Origin: Fimicolochytrium jonesii
Lineage: Eukaryota
Direction: 5' to 3'
Length of the DNA stretch: 64,000 bases
Assembly (NCBI RefSeq): GCF_025526975.1
Contig: NW_026515702.1
Span: 248,001-312,000 of the forward strand
Every line of letters begins with the position of its first letter. Within the stretch, counting starts at the first letter, position 1. A model generated the notes under the pieces. That model saw only the letters and a list, made by a program, of their open reading frames with translations, ran no database searches and had not been told where the DNA came from. Shown here in pieces: positions 1 through 12,272 of this stretch. Position numbers and translations under genes: made by a program.

Positions 1-1150
1 GCGCGCCCCGGCCGAATCCTGCACCCCCAACATAACCCGTGCAACACGTTCAAAGGCCTGCAACGACGCCACGGACGGGGTGCTGTGCCCGTAGGTGCGT
101 TCGGGGAGGGTGAGGTAGGTGTGGGTTGGGTGGGCGTGGGAAGTCAGCTGGTGGGGAGAGATGCGTTAGTTGATGGGAGGGGCAAGCGGACGGGGAGGGG
201 GAGAGGCCGCACGTACGTAGGCGAGGAACCCGGCGACGGGGCCGGTGAGGATAGTTGGCGGGGAGAGGAGCGGGGTTTGAGTGGGCTGTTTGGGAGAATG
301 GGGTTGGGTTTGAGTATCCCAAGAACACAACGCACTTTGTGAGAACACCATCCTTACATCCGGGCAAGCGGTCGCGGTGCTCAGCCGTCGCAGAACAGGC
401 GGCACGGCGTCCCGAAGATCGGCCTCGAACCCGCTCGCATGCAACGTGCCCAGTAATATCGTCCTAGAATGCATGGGTCCCCGTTAAACATCCCTGAATG
501 CGCACTCCGGATGGGACGACGCTGTGAATCTGAAACTTACTGCTCCGCCAGAACACCCTGGACAAGAACCCGCGCATACACACTGGCAACCGGATCCTGA
601 ATCTCCGTCTCGTGGACCGTCGCGACCACCACCACCCCCTCTGCGTCCGTCAATCTATACAACGTCACCACCTAAACGACCCGAAACTGTCAAGACCCCA
701 CCACGCCCGCATACGAACACGAAAACCCGAACGAACCTCGACATCCCCCCGCCGAATGGCGCCGATTTTCTTCGCGGTGGCGGCGCCGGTGGCGAGAGCA
801 AAGAAAGCGTCGAGGAACATCCGCCCGGCCGCGAGGCCCACGACCAGCGTCTGCGCCGTGACATCCCCCCCGCCGTCTTCCCACTACCAAAAAACACACG
901 AGATCAGACCACTCATGGCATCACGCCCCGGTGACAAGAGATGAATCCAGAAACGTACAGCGAGACTGATCTCGGGCGCCGCACCCGCGTCCTCGGGATG
1001 CTCGAGCTCGTCCAGCTCCTCGGCTTCGTAGTCGCGGGCGGTGTCCGGTTGGAAGGGGTAGAAATCCTGTGGGGAGGGGATGGGTGCGGGTTAGCGATGG
1101 AGACCGAGAATGAAAGTAAGGAGGATGGGACGGGGGGAAGGACTTGCCAT
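1..1150 (-). CDS. Proteasome assembly chaperone 1 (PAC1/PSMG1/Pba1)-like protein; multi-exon, 3' end runs off the window
   Basis: Manual splicing gives M|DFYPFQPDTARDYEAEELDELEH...ISLA|WEDGGGDVTAQTLVVGLAAGRMFL...|VVTLYRL...|RTILLGTLHASGF...PPVLRRLST...|ILTGPVAGFLAY. The acidic N-terminus and the ILTG-x-x-A-x-x-L-x-Y motif resemble the PAC1 family. Exon 1 is the ATG alone (1148-1150) and exon 2 is 959-1066. Confidence 0.5.
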
Positions 1151-1658
1151 TGGGTTTGGGTTTGGGTGGGAGTGATGGAAGGTGGTGGTGATGGGTGGGG
1201 TGTTATGCGAGGGGGGGTTTGGGGGGCCTTGGAAGCCACGCGTCGCTTCGTTCCCTTCCCTTCGTTCTCGCGCGCTCCTTTGCCCCCTACATATAGGTGC
1301 GAGTAGGCACAAATAGATGGGCATGGATACACACCCTATGAGTTCTTGGGCGAAAAGCCCATGTCACGAACGTTCAACATATTGGAATAGATACTCTATT
1401 GATGTATGCGACCTCGGTGCGTTGTGACGTGCTCAGAGTACATACAACGGGGACGATGCGAGGGAGAGGGGATAGGTGTGAGGAATGCGACCGTGAGGGT
1501 TGGGCGGCCGATACCTGCAACCAACCAGCGCAATAGACGGCCAGACCACAATAAACGCAGATAAGAGGGGAAAGTTCATCCCCCTCTCCCTCAACTCCCA
1601 TCCACAAAAGGTTCCATCGCCTTATCTCCTGAATCTCCCCAACAAACCCCTCTGCACC

Positions 1659-3229
1659 CTAGTTACTGTCACTCCTCGCCAAACTCTCCGTACTACCCGC
1701 CAAACTCTCCCGACTCGCCGTCGCGCGCTTCTTCACCAACCGCGCGCTCTGCCTCTTGCTCTTCCCTTCCTGCTTCAAATGATGGTCAGGGATCCAGTCC
1801 ATGTCCGGCTCGCCTGGCTTGACGTTGGACTCGCGGCGGATGATGGGGGCAGGCGTGGTTGTTGAGCCGCGCTTTTTGCCCGAAGTGGCCGGGGCGCCGA
1901 GGAAGGAGTTGTAGAAGGAGTAGCCGATGCCGCCGATGAGGGCCAGGAGGAGGGCGTAGATTGAGAGACTGGGGGAGGGGGGGGGGGATAACAAATGCGC
2001 TTGTTAGATTGAGCGGTTCAACAGAGAGACACTCCCTCGCTCTGACTTCCTCCCTACCTCTGGAGGTCAAAAAGAGAATCGTTGTCGGCGATGGTGACGA
2101 GTCCTTGGTACGCAAGGACGCGGTGCGCGACGCCCTCGTTGTCGATGGTGTTGGCAAAGACAACAAGGCCGTACTCGCCAGCTTCTGTCTCGACGATGAA
2201 GTTGTACGTCACTGGGATCGTCTGCTGCACGCGGACCGGCGTCTTGTATTTGCGCGTCGTCAACTATTGTATAAAAAGGGAGAGTGGGGTCAGTTGATGA
2301 GTGGATTGATTGAAGAAACAATGGTTGATGGCGATGGATGATGGTTGACGGTTGATGGTTGATGGTGAATATTTGATGGTTGCTGGATAAACCAATACCC
2401 TGCTCGCTCCGCACGCGCTTCGCCGTGGATCGCTCGTTGCAGACATCCACAATCGCTCGCTGCCGCTCGCCAAGTCACGCTTTCGCTTCTCACCCCAATC
2501 CCCTCCACTAGATGCACACCTCTCTTCGTCGTCGCAAAACTTACATTACGGAAAGGAATGGAAAGATTCCTAGGGTGGGCCAAGAACCCACCGAGGCCCA
2601 CAAGAGTATGGTTCCATTCACCACCATTAGTGATGTTAAGAGCGATCGGGGTCGACTCGCCCGTGATAATGGCTGGGGAGAAAAGGAAGAGAGTTTAACA
2701 AATGCTCTACGAAAATACTACCACGTCCCTGAAATCGCACTCACTTTTGAAAGGGTTGTTGGGGAACGCATGCGTGAACGCTAAACCGGTCCTGGGGTCG
2801 ACTTGCGGTTCGACATCCTTTTGGGCGGTAGCAGCGCCGAGAACTGGATGACAAGTTGAAGGGACATTAGTAAAGTGTGTGAGATGCGGAATAGGGCCGT
2901 GATCTTTCTGGAATCACAGCCGGTTGGGTGCGATTTGGAGGATCTCGGCACTCAAGGTGTCCAATCATCCCTCTGCGGAGCCAGACCACTGATTCCCGGA
3001 TGCACCAGTCCGTCACGTCCCACCACCTTCACGCAAGTCCCGTCCACCCTTCGCCAGCAGTGATCCATCGTTCTCTTTCGCTCGTCGCCAGGTCGTAGCG
3101 GCCCGATTCGGCATCCCACTCCGCACGCGTGTTGATACACCTCGCTCGTTGACACTTACGGAAAGGCGAGAGAGCGACGAAAGCCAGAGCAAGGTAGCTC
3201 AGCAGGGAGCGAGGAGTAGCGAGTCTCAT
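1659..3229 (-). CDS. Translocon-associated protein alpha (TRAP-alpha/SSR1/Irc22-like), about 5 exons
   Basis: Signal peptide MRLATPRSLLSYLALAFVALSPF; lumenal exons FPNNPF / NITNGGEWNHTLVGLGGFL / RN-LTTRKY...VTYNF; FDLQS followed by a TM helix (LSIYALLLALIGGIGYSFY); cytosolic DMDWIPDHHL motif typical of fungal TRAP-alpha; GT-AG introns. Confidence 0.8.
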
Positions 3230-4305
3230 GGTTGTTTTTCCAGTGCCGAGGTCCTTTGGGTGAGGGAGTCTATTCCGTGAAGCAAGGACGGAAGGAAGGA
3301 AAGGGAGGCGAGAAAGAGGGCGCTGCCGCAGATGCGTTACTTAACGCGTTAATGTCAGTTACTTATCAGGAGCGGACACGGCGCGCTCTCATTGGCTGGA
3401 TTCGACTCCCGCTGCCTGTCACTTGCTGTCAATGAGGTCCTAGGTTTAACGACACTTCAAACGCCTTGGCTCGAGTTCTCTGAGAAAAGATCGCCTATAT
3501 GTATGTGCTCCCAGCTAGCCTTGCGTTAGAAGCTGTCAAACGAAACGCTCCTTCGTTCTCGACAACAAGTACATTGGCATACTCCGGTTGGGCTTTTTCC
3601 ATCATGGAATTACGAGATAAAAATGCAAATGTCTGATACCTCTCTCTGCCCCTCATAACCCGACTTTCGACCCCTTCTCGAACATCTCAGGAATGAACAT
3701 CTTGATTGCCCTCGTTAGTCACGGCCTCTTGCGCCGGTATTACTCACCAACCGCAGCATTACGTGCCGCTCCAGCTGTATCATTTCTCAGACCGAAACCG
3801 CCGCGGTCACTCGCCCCCGTATAGGATGGATGGCCCCCACAAGGCCGCATCCCAAGGTAACGTACGATTTTCTACATTCTTTTCTACATCTTTTCTAAAC
3901 CAACCCCCATCATGAAGCCGACCCAGACGAGCCCATCAACATTCCCAACCCAGAGACTGCTCCAGTCAGCGGTGACCCCAGTGCCCCGCCAAATGGACAG
4001 AATTTAGATACCAGTGGCCAAACCGGGGAATATAGGGCCTGCTAGATAGATCACACGGCGTAAACACAAAGTTTCAATTACGCATATATCAGTTCCTCAA
4101 CATCGAAAACCGGTAAAGTGCCAAAGTTCCCCATGCGCTACAATACCCTTTCTGCAAGTCCACTTCAATCTACCATGCTATCTGGGGTATACTACCGACT
4201 CCAGCGCCTATATATTTAGCACCATGTCCTTGCTCACATTGACTGGTTAGGAACGCAGGATGCCGACATGAAGAGAGAAAAAGCAACGAAAACCACACCA
4301 GGACC

Positions 4306-5326
4306 TCACGAATCGCTCGATTTCAGCGCCTCCATTTGCGGCCCACTCCTCGTATGCGCCCGCTTCATACACTCCACCGACCACAACAGGAACAAATTCT
4401 GACTCGGCGGCCCCAATATACTCAGCAACGAGTACGTGTATCCGCCCTCCCCGAGCGCCCCGACCAGGTAGCAAAACCCAAAAAACGCGTCCCCGCCCAA
4501 ATTCGCAATGGCGGCGTACCGAACAAGTCTCACGAACTGGGCCACGTCAGCGGTTTGTTCAGTCCCGGTGGAAAGCACGTCGAATGCCCTCAACATGGCG
4601 ACATTATGTGCGCAGATGGTCAGCATCGCAACACCGAGCCCGACGTCCACGAGGGCGACGACGAGATAGCCTGCGGCGTACGGGAGACCGAAGTGGAAGG
4701 GGACGCTGTCAATGCCGTGGGATGTGCCGATGAGGAAGATCGTAAGGGCGAGGATACCCAGTGTGGAAACGAGGGCGAGAAGACCCGCGATGAAGTAGGT
4801 GTCCCAGTGGCGCGGCCGATTGCTTGCGATGAGGATGAATTCGATGCGGAAGCCTTGGACGAAGGCAACAGAGAGGGCGCCGATGTACCAGAATGCTGGG
4901 ATGGCAGAAGGGCGATGTTAGTCGGCATATCAAAGGGGGAGAAATGGGAGTGCGCGTATAACTGTACTTCTTCTGCTTACGTTTCGGGAGATGCGCCCAA
5001 TCCGGATGCCCACCCCACTGATACCAATCGCTCACCGAATACAGCTCCAGAACATAGCCGAGCATGAAAGAGACGGGCCCGACAAGCATGAAGATGTTAT
5101 ACGTGGTCCAGCCGCGCCGTCTTCCGTTCCTCCATGCCAACGCAATGCACGCCGCTGTTATCAGCATGGCCAAAACAGCAACCATAACATTGGGGATGAT
5201 GAGATTAATCCCCGTGCAAGCCATTGTGGCCGTCTCCCATGTGCCATAATGCCCGCTGTAGGTAATGAGGAGGGTGCCGTTCGGAAGTTGAGTCCAATGG
5301 CAGTAGGGGTCATCTACGCGGCCCAT
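4306..5326 (-). CDS. Multi-pass (about 7TM) membrane protein, GPCR-like, 2 exons
   Basis: The ORF from 5326 is spliced (C|gtaagc...cccag|CA TTC TGG) to an exon continuing into ORF 4306..4650. The product has about seven hydrophobic segments; no family motif was recognised. Confidence 0.55.
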
Positions 5327-6447
5327 TTCTGGGGAAGCTATGTGGTGGTCTTTCTTTTGGCGGAAGGAAAGGTTGGATTCTACTAGTTATGCTGTACACT
5401 GGGTCGGTGGCCGCGGGTTCGGGACGGGATTAGCGCGAGCCTATTGAACTTAAAGAGTGTGCCGCAAACGAGGATCGTTCCCATTTCTTCCCAGTTGTTC
5501 AATAGAAAAGACTAGATCATCAACCTGTGTGCTCAACTGTTGTTGATCGAAAACACAAACTGATCAAGTGACTCGGCGCGAAAATGACAGTAACCGACAG
5601 CGCGCTAAATCCAGTAACAAGCCTCCCTTGCAGACACCCGGCTCAGCCTGCATCTACATACAATACGTCTCACGAATGGGAACAGGCAGTCGACAATCTT
5701 CGACCTCCTTCACCACGAGATTATAACGGCAGGGGAATATGCGTATATACCTCGAAACTATACAGCGTGGAAACTATGTCTCTCTATTCGTCATGCGTCT
5801 CCTGCTCCTCATACTCCGCATCGTCGCCGGCTCCCATCACATCAGTCACTGACCCGGACGCAACAGGGAGCAGGACGGCCTGCAAAGCCCATGCAGCGCA
5901 CAGCATCGAGTTCAAGTCCGATCCAAACCTCTCGAAAGAGCCCGCAAAGTCGCCGCTGCATCCCCACATCTCCACAAACTGTGCTGCCCGCGCACTCAAG
6001 TCCAGGAATGCACCGAGTTTGTACATGCCCGCGAACGTGCCGTTGTTGTAATTGGACATCTGAAGCACGGAGAAACAGTGGCCGGGAGTTGGTGCGAGGT
6101 ATGATAAAATCCCGATCTGTATGCGGGATCCCGAGCGCCCGAACATATCGGGGAACAGATGTTTAAGGAGTGGGGGCAGGACGACAAGGCACAGACAAAC
6201 CTGTGGGATGAAATATCGAAATAAGAGTCTGAATAAACGGTTGAAAAAGAGGGACGGACACGGAACATGGTTCCCAGTAGGAAATATCAAGCGTACCGCG
6301 AACCTTCCATGGTGCCGCTCCATCGACGCGGTCGGATATCCTTTCCCGTCGATCAAGGCGAGCAGTTGTGATACTGAAGGAAAAGCTTCCACGTCTGCTG
6401 GTGCGCGGTCGGAAGGTAGCGTAAAGCGAAAGGGCAATCAAGCTGTA

Positions 6448-7152
6448 ATACCAGGTGGAACATCAACCCGTTTTCGCCTTTGGTTCCGGTGATTTCACAC
6501 GTCGTGGGTGGCGGAAACCACATGGCACCGTGCCAATCAAGAGCCTTGCCAGACAACTGGCCATCGCCGGCGCAACTGTCTTCATCATGCCTGAAATGGG
6601 CACTACGACACAATGCCATAATTCAATGGCAGGCTACGAGACCCTCGCCGGACAATTTCCAGAAGCCAATATCCATGCCACTAGGGCCCCTCGGCAACCC
6701 TATGCCACGTGCAAACATCGCCCCAAGTACTGGTATCGTCGACACCGGGAGGCTCCTGCCAGGCATGGACTAAGACGATGGTGCAATCGAGAGGCAGATG
6801 AAGCGGAACCGATATTGTTTTCAAGGTGCCCCGAGTCCCGCGACGAGATGGGCGAAAACTGGAGACTTCGAGAGTGCCCAACATGCCAGATACCTCGTGA
6901 TATTCCGCCCATCTTTGACAGAGACATTCAAGCTGCCGCCAACTTTCGGTTCCTGATTCATCTATATTCACGCCACAACGGTCATCGACCTCGATGGAAT
7001 CGTCCAGGCTGGTTAGCTGATGCACAGTTGTGGTGATGTTTTCTAGTCTCCTTAGATAGTTAGCATCACGTATGTAGCTATTCCTTCCCACCCGCGATGG
7101 CACACGGACCTGCGTGCATCGCAAGATATGCGACAATACTTCTTGTATGTTG
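6448..7152 (+). mobile_element. Fanzor family A element, 5'-truncated copy 1, flanked by a TA direct repeat (6446-6447 and 7153-7154)
   Basis: Contains the Fanzor C-terminal ORF plus a 3' non-coding tail shared with copy 2 (28168-28722); similarity between the copies stops at GTTG|TAA. The left junction reads GCTGTA|ATACC. Confidence 0.75.
6455..7036 (+). CDS. Fanzor1 (TnpB-like) nuclease C-terminal fragment: RuvC-II, Zn finger, RuvC-III
   Basis: FAFGSGDF...HGTVPIKSLARQLA...VFIMPEMGTTTQCH (rearranged RuvC-II Glu followed by TT-x-x-C), WRLRECPTC, IFDRDIQAAANF (RuvC-III D-R-D-x-x-A-A-x-N) and a C-terminal RP-x-W, all characteristic of Fanzor1/TnpB. Confidence 0.85.
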   Translation: MEHQPVFAFGSGDFTRRGWRKPHGTVPIKSLARQLAIAGATVFIMPEMGTTTQCHNSMAGYETLAGQFPEANIHATRAPRQPYATCKHRPKYWYRRHREAPARHGLRRWCNREADEAEPILFSRCPESRDEMGENWRLRECPTCQIPRDIPPIFDRDIQAAANFRFLIHLYSRHNGHRPRWNRPGWLADAQLW

Positions 7153-7175
7153 TAAGCGGCCATGACAAAAGCTGG
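7037..7175 (+). ncRNA. Candidate Fanzor omegaRNA scaffold (to about 7154) plus flank-derived guide
   Basis: Non-coding segment conserved in copy 2 up to the element end. Three predicted stems: atagttagcat/atgtagctat, gcgatggcac/gtgcatcgc and acaatac/gtatgttgt. Its position downstream of the ORF at the transposon right end matches known Fanzor/TnpB omegaRNAs. Confidence 0.6.
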
Positions 7176-7734
7176 AATTCCCAACCCGCAGGATTAGTGA
7201 GATTCGTTAAAGCAGGTACTCACGACAAAAGCCGACCCAGCTCATAAGCATTTCTCAAGAGTGATACCCTTAACGTGGGAAGATCCACGGACAGAGAGGA
7301 CATGAAAGCTTACGAGAGTCCTCTTCTTGTACTGGAAGAACAAGCAAGGCGGGTGAGTGTTCCGGTTTGCAAGGCGATTGCAAGATTGGCCGAGACGGTT
7401 TCGGGGAAACGGGGAAACCGGACGCGCTAGGGACTAACTGCATTACGCGGGACGGGAATCAAATGGAGCTAACGCAGCCACTAAGTATGTGCTGACTTGA
7501 CATCGCTCTCTTCCGCATCTCTCACGAAGCAGGGGGAGCGTCAAAGCGCGGAGATTGGTTGTTGGTTGTCGTTCGTTTGACGCCATGCACGCGCTGTCGA
7601 TTTTCCATGTGTTGCAAGAGGAAATTGTCGATTTGCCTTCACGCCAAGCTCTGAAGTCCAAACCCCTGACATTGTTCTTACGTCCCTCAAAATTCAAATT
7701 ACATGCGCGAATAGGATAGAAAAACCAAGTATGA

Positions 7735-10355
7735 TCAAAACTCGCAGTCTAGTTCTGCGGTGCGTAGTGCCGCCGTTGAACCTCTAGCTACAATCGAAGG
7801 TTGCCCAGTCGTTGCAAATGGGCTGGGTTGAGTTTGGTTTCGGGAAGACGCATTCGTTTCCATGACAGTTTCCATCATCCCTGCCGACATTGCGGAGTAA
7901 GAGGAGGCCGCAATCCAGGCAATGCAAACATCGTAGTAAAGGAAACTCCAGAACCCAACCCGGGACCCGAGGCCAAACCCACCGCTAAGCGCGAGTTGAA
8001 GGCCCATAAGAAACCACCTTGTTGGAGCAAACCCCTAACTGTTAGAAGGATATACCACGACAATTTCGGAAAGGATATCCGTACCCAAACACAACGGCGA
8101 TCATCAAGTTCCGCACAGTCTCCGTCAGACCGGATCGCCTCGGTTTTGGTTGAGACGCCTTATTCGCCTCCCTCACGGCGGTCACGATGAATGATTTGGA
8201 AGTGGACTTGGACCCGACTTGCAAATTTCTCCCTTCGCTGAGCGTGGATGTCAGACGATACCCGGAGAAGAGGAATCCGAGCGCATGCGTGAACAGTGAT
8301 ATCGATTGAGATACAACCAATATGCTCCAGAGCTAGCGCAAACAGCGTCGTAAGAATAGATGGACGGACCACGAAGCTTGAGCGCAACGGCTTGAGCGCA
8401 TTACCTTATAGAACAGCGTAAGCAATTCCAGACTGTTCAAAGCGGCTGCTCGCACAATCGCGACAACACATGCGGAGGTGATGACGGGGAACCATATCAT
8501 TGTAATGAAGATGCAATACCTAAGGACCAAAAGTTCTCCGTCATCCAGCTCAAAGGGAGCGCTGTACCGCAAAGCGAGCCTTCTCTCACCGGTAAATTTG
8601 AACCACATTCTTCTCGCGTGGTGTCGAGTCCCCCCGGCTTGATGAGATCTGCCAAGAATGTCAATAAAAGATGCAAGGGAGAAACCCGGCATGCTCGCCT
8701 TCATTTGCTTACGCTAGAAAGCCGCTTACCGTCAACCACTTCAGTAGCATGAGGGATAAGGATTCATAACCGAACATGAATCCGTAACTAAAGAAACGAT
8801 CGCGACTAATGAGCACGACCACGTCGCTGCAAGGACCACGCATCGTCCTGCAACGACCACCGCCGACAGTACTATTTTCCGTACCACATCAAGGAAATAT
8901 GGACGGGCGTCCCATGCGTCGGGTGCTGATAAGAATTCGATCTGAAAGCCAGGGACAAGGCATGAAGAGCTGCCGTCACTGTGGGCAATGAACGATAAGA
9001 CGGGGAAACGAGTAAATGCGCTCTCATACATCAAAACGATATTCCCTTTGAGGTCACCTACAGAGCGTCATTAGGAAAATGCCGATGAGAACTCCCCACT
9101 GTGCGCGGCGGCCCAAAAAAGTGTCAGTATGTGGGTGATAGATGCGGAGAACTGCAGGTTATACCTTCAAATTGAACCGGAATCCCTCATGCCTAGCCGT
9201 CAAGAGAATAATGCTGGAACCTTCGTCCGTCAGAGCTGTGCGGCGCGGTTTTTACGGGCTACAGAGAACGTGGCTCACACAGCTTCCACTAGCAGATAGA
9301 TCAAACTGACAGCTTGCCGGGCAATCATAAAGATATCGAATCCTTTTGATCTCATGGTTTTGCTGTGCTTCTCCTGCGCGTCCTCTAGTGGGATAGTGAT
9401 GAGCTTTCACGGGACTCTGCGGCCGCGTGCCACCCAAGACATGGAAACTCACCGGAGGTGACGTTGATATAAGCGATCATGCTGTGTTCGAAGAAATACA
9501 TCGCATCTTCGATCGAAATGCCCGTCTGGGGAACGAGAGATTGAATCTCCTACCGCAACCAATAGGTCCCCGGTCAAATGTGCTCTCCACAGCTGTCAAC
9601 CATTCGAGCCTCCGCACTACTCCGGGGAACATACTTCCATGTTGTACCCATATAAGGGCGAGGGCGATCCGAAAAGCGGATCTTGACAACACCACGGATC
9701 CACCGGGCCTAGCTGAACCCATAACGCTAGTTTCGGCCTAGTTGCTGTCGTTGAGCAAGGAAGCAAACCGGGTCTGCTAAGCATCTGAATCACATCCATC
9801 CCGTCGGCGCACTCTTCGTGCCACCCATTCGCCTGTGATGAAAATGCATCATTAAAACCTGCTCCTCGCGGGATTCCATCGCTTCTGATGGCATAAACGT
9901 ACGTATGCCAAATACTGGTAGCGAGGACATCCAGCCCCGTAAGCGTCAGCAACGCTGATCAAAGCCAAGTTCGGATTGAGGAGCGTTGTTGGATTCAAAG
10001 CTTCGTACGCCGCGCTGAAATTTGCCAAGCGGCAAACGCCCATCGCGTTAGGGTCATGGAACGTTGCCCTATAGAACCGAAAAAACCATGTGTTGAGACG
10101 ATGCACGCAGCTCATAAAACGATCATCGAAGCAGCGCGCTCGACCAAACCCGACTCGGACGTTTGTTGGGACTCACCGGTTGGGACTGCCCGCTAACGAT
10201 GTGTATTCGGTCCGAAGGAGAGGAAAATCTACATTTCTCAGCGGGCGGACTCCAGTCGGAGGTAGGAAACTTTGATTGAGGAGTGCGTAAACGGTTGCGG
10301 AAACTCTACTTGCAAAGAGGATAACTGGGAGGAGTAGGAGAATATAGACCCTCAT
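7735..10355 (-). CDS. Signal peptide + extracellular domain + multi-TM protein; multi-exon, structure uncertain, possibly degraded
   Basis: Signal peptide MRVYILLLLPVILFASRVSA; a series of same-strand ORF pieces with gtgagt/gtacgt donors; hydrophobic segments at 8741-9034, 8333-8704, 8042-8320 and 7735-8007. Confidence 0.35.
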
Positions 10356-11040
10356 GGCTGTTTTGCTTTCTGTTATCCTGGAACGCAAATTGATGCGTGA
10401 AGGGTCTTGCGCAACGCAGAGCTCCCTGCGCGAACGGTCGTTATTGACCAGTGAGCGACCTACAGCACGCCCAGGAAACGGTAATGCTTCTGTGTGACAA
10501 GTTGCTCTATTGTTCGGACTTGATTAAGCATAACCGTCGCGGATTTTTGCACAGGCATGGGGAGATTTTTGAGACATACCACAGAAAGCAATAGGTTTCC
10601 AGCGCCATGAGTCCGGCGGTATTGTCAGATTGCGGAGTTCGGTCTGCTTAGCTTCCTAGGAAGCGTATTTTCGTGCGCTGTACACTCGGGCGGCTTCGGG
10701 AATCTCAGATTCGACGGAAGCTGTAGTTTGAGGCAATAGCTTTCATATGACTCGTTAGCCCCGTCTGGAACGGCAAATATGGGAGCCCTGTCGCTCTATA
10801 AGAAGCTTCCGCCGGTACTGCCCTGTCGGGTTGCAATGGACTGAGGCTTATTTGCCGCTGTCAGGCGCGCTGTCGATTTTTTGACCACACGCTCACGCTG
10901 CAGCCGAGGGTCTCTTCTGACACAAATGAGAATTTCGGAGCAGTGATCTCCTCAAAAGCAGCTACATACGGACATTCTGAGACACAAATCTGGTAAGAGT
11001 GCTGAAAGCTTGCAATCTAGTGGGCGATGGTATGCGATGG

Positions 11041-11100
11041 TAAGGACAACCTTCTCCTCATCCATTGAACTCATGAACTACGTTCCTCGTCCAGAGCAGA
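11041..11100 (-). repeat. Dispersed remnant homologous to the 3' end of the DIRS-like YR ORF (43801-43860)
   Basis: actacgttcctcgtccagagcaga (11077-11100) is identical to 43837-43860, and similarity continues over about 60 nt. Confidence 0.7.
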
Positions 11101-11298
11101 TTCCAACGGCAGCTGCACACGCTCCTTGCACGCAGCACACAGACGGAAGCATCTCTTTCGCAATTCCGGAAGACCCATCTCCAGTTGTGAACCAAAGTTT
11201 GGCTTCTACATCCAACGTCACATCCAGATCCAAAGGTTCCAATACGTACACCTTACTACGTACGTAGTAGGGTTGGCATTACGGTGGGTTCAGCGGGC

Positions 11299-11370
11299 AA
11301 ATAAACAGCCTTCCGCATCGAGTAATACGCCTTCTGTGCGCGAATAACAAGCCTTCCGCGCGAAATAACT
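11299..11370. repeat. Degenerate ~20-bp tandem repeat (aataacagccttccgcgcga), shared with 21370-21518
   Basis: gccttccgcgcgaaataac occurs at both loci, embedded in 3-6 degenerate copies. Confidence 0.55.
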
Positions 11371-11799
11371 GGGTACCTTCAAACCCAGCCCGACCGCCTT
11401 CAAACCCAGCGTGGACGAGCGGTCTTCCATCTCGCGACGATGCGCAATATGGGCTGCTAAGGCGACCTCTGGCCTTGGCCTGAAGCATCACCGGCTTTCC
11501 ATCGACTCCGAACGACATGCATGCAGCAATTTTCTACCGCACTTCGCAACCTCAGCTGTTCCCCTGATGGTGTCTGCCGCTCCTCCTATTAACCTGCACA
11601 GCAGCGCTGACTCTCCATCACCGTCACCAGTAGTACGCACACAGACTTCTGCACGGGCAAGCGAGGTGGGCGTAAATACATACGTCGCATCCGCATCCAC
11701 ACTACCATATCCGGGCCAGGTCCATCAGGTGCAGAGAATTGAGCTTTGAAGAGTATTGGAAAAGATCGACGTTTTATTGAAACATTATATAGTACATGA

Positions 11800-11976
11800 G
11801 ATCGCAACAAGAAGTGGGAGTAGAATGGGATGTCAAACGGTACGTACAAGAAAGTGGATCGCAACAAGACGTGGGAGTAGAATGGGATGTCAAACGGTAC
11901 GTACAAGAAAGTGGATCGCAACAAGAAGTGGGAGTAGAATGGGATGTCAGACGGTACGTACAAGAAAGTGGATCGC
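11800..11976. repeat. 57-bp tandem repeat, 3 copies
   Basis: Unit gatcgcaacaagaagtgggagtagaatgggatgtcaaacggtacgtacaagaaagtg starts at 11800, 11857 and 11914. Confidence 0.95.
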
Positions 11977-12272
11977 TCTTAGTCGAGAACAACTGGCACC
12001 ACGTGAAGGTGTCGATCCAAGCCAGTCATTCAAGATGGTCAAGCTCCCGTAGGAGGCCACCCGGACTTTCAACCGCTATGGAGCCACGAACGAGAGGATC
12101 GCACAAGCACTGAGAAGCCCCCAGACTCAGTGAAGTGTGTAGGGCAAGCCCCTCTCTCGCCGCGACACCGCCGTCATGACCAACTCACTCGGCCTGGGGC
12201 ACCAAGTGTTTGCTACTTCGATTTCGCTCCACCGGACGAAGTCCATTGCCAACAAGGGTCCCAACCGACGAC

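Larger units (their letters stand above)
5784..7332 (-). pseudogene. Membrane protein gene (possibly PQ-loop/cystinosin-like) interrupted by a Fanzor fragment
   Basis: Removing 6448-7154 restores an open hydrophobic reading FVMAAYSLIALSLYATFRP after a cag acceptor. The downstream exon SVLQMSNYNNGTFAGMYKLGAFLDL weakly resembles a PQ-loop repeat. The family assignment is tentative. Confidence 0.3.

Noticed and set aside
4336..5067. 243-aa plus-strand ORF
   Set aside because: Antisense shadow of the spliced 7TM gene.
11800..11976. CRISPR array or repeat-protein ORFs
   Set aside because: Head-to-tail identical 57-bp units with no unique spacers; the ORFs in several frames arise because the unit length is a multiple of 3.
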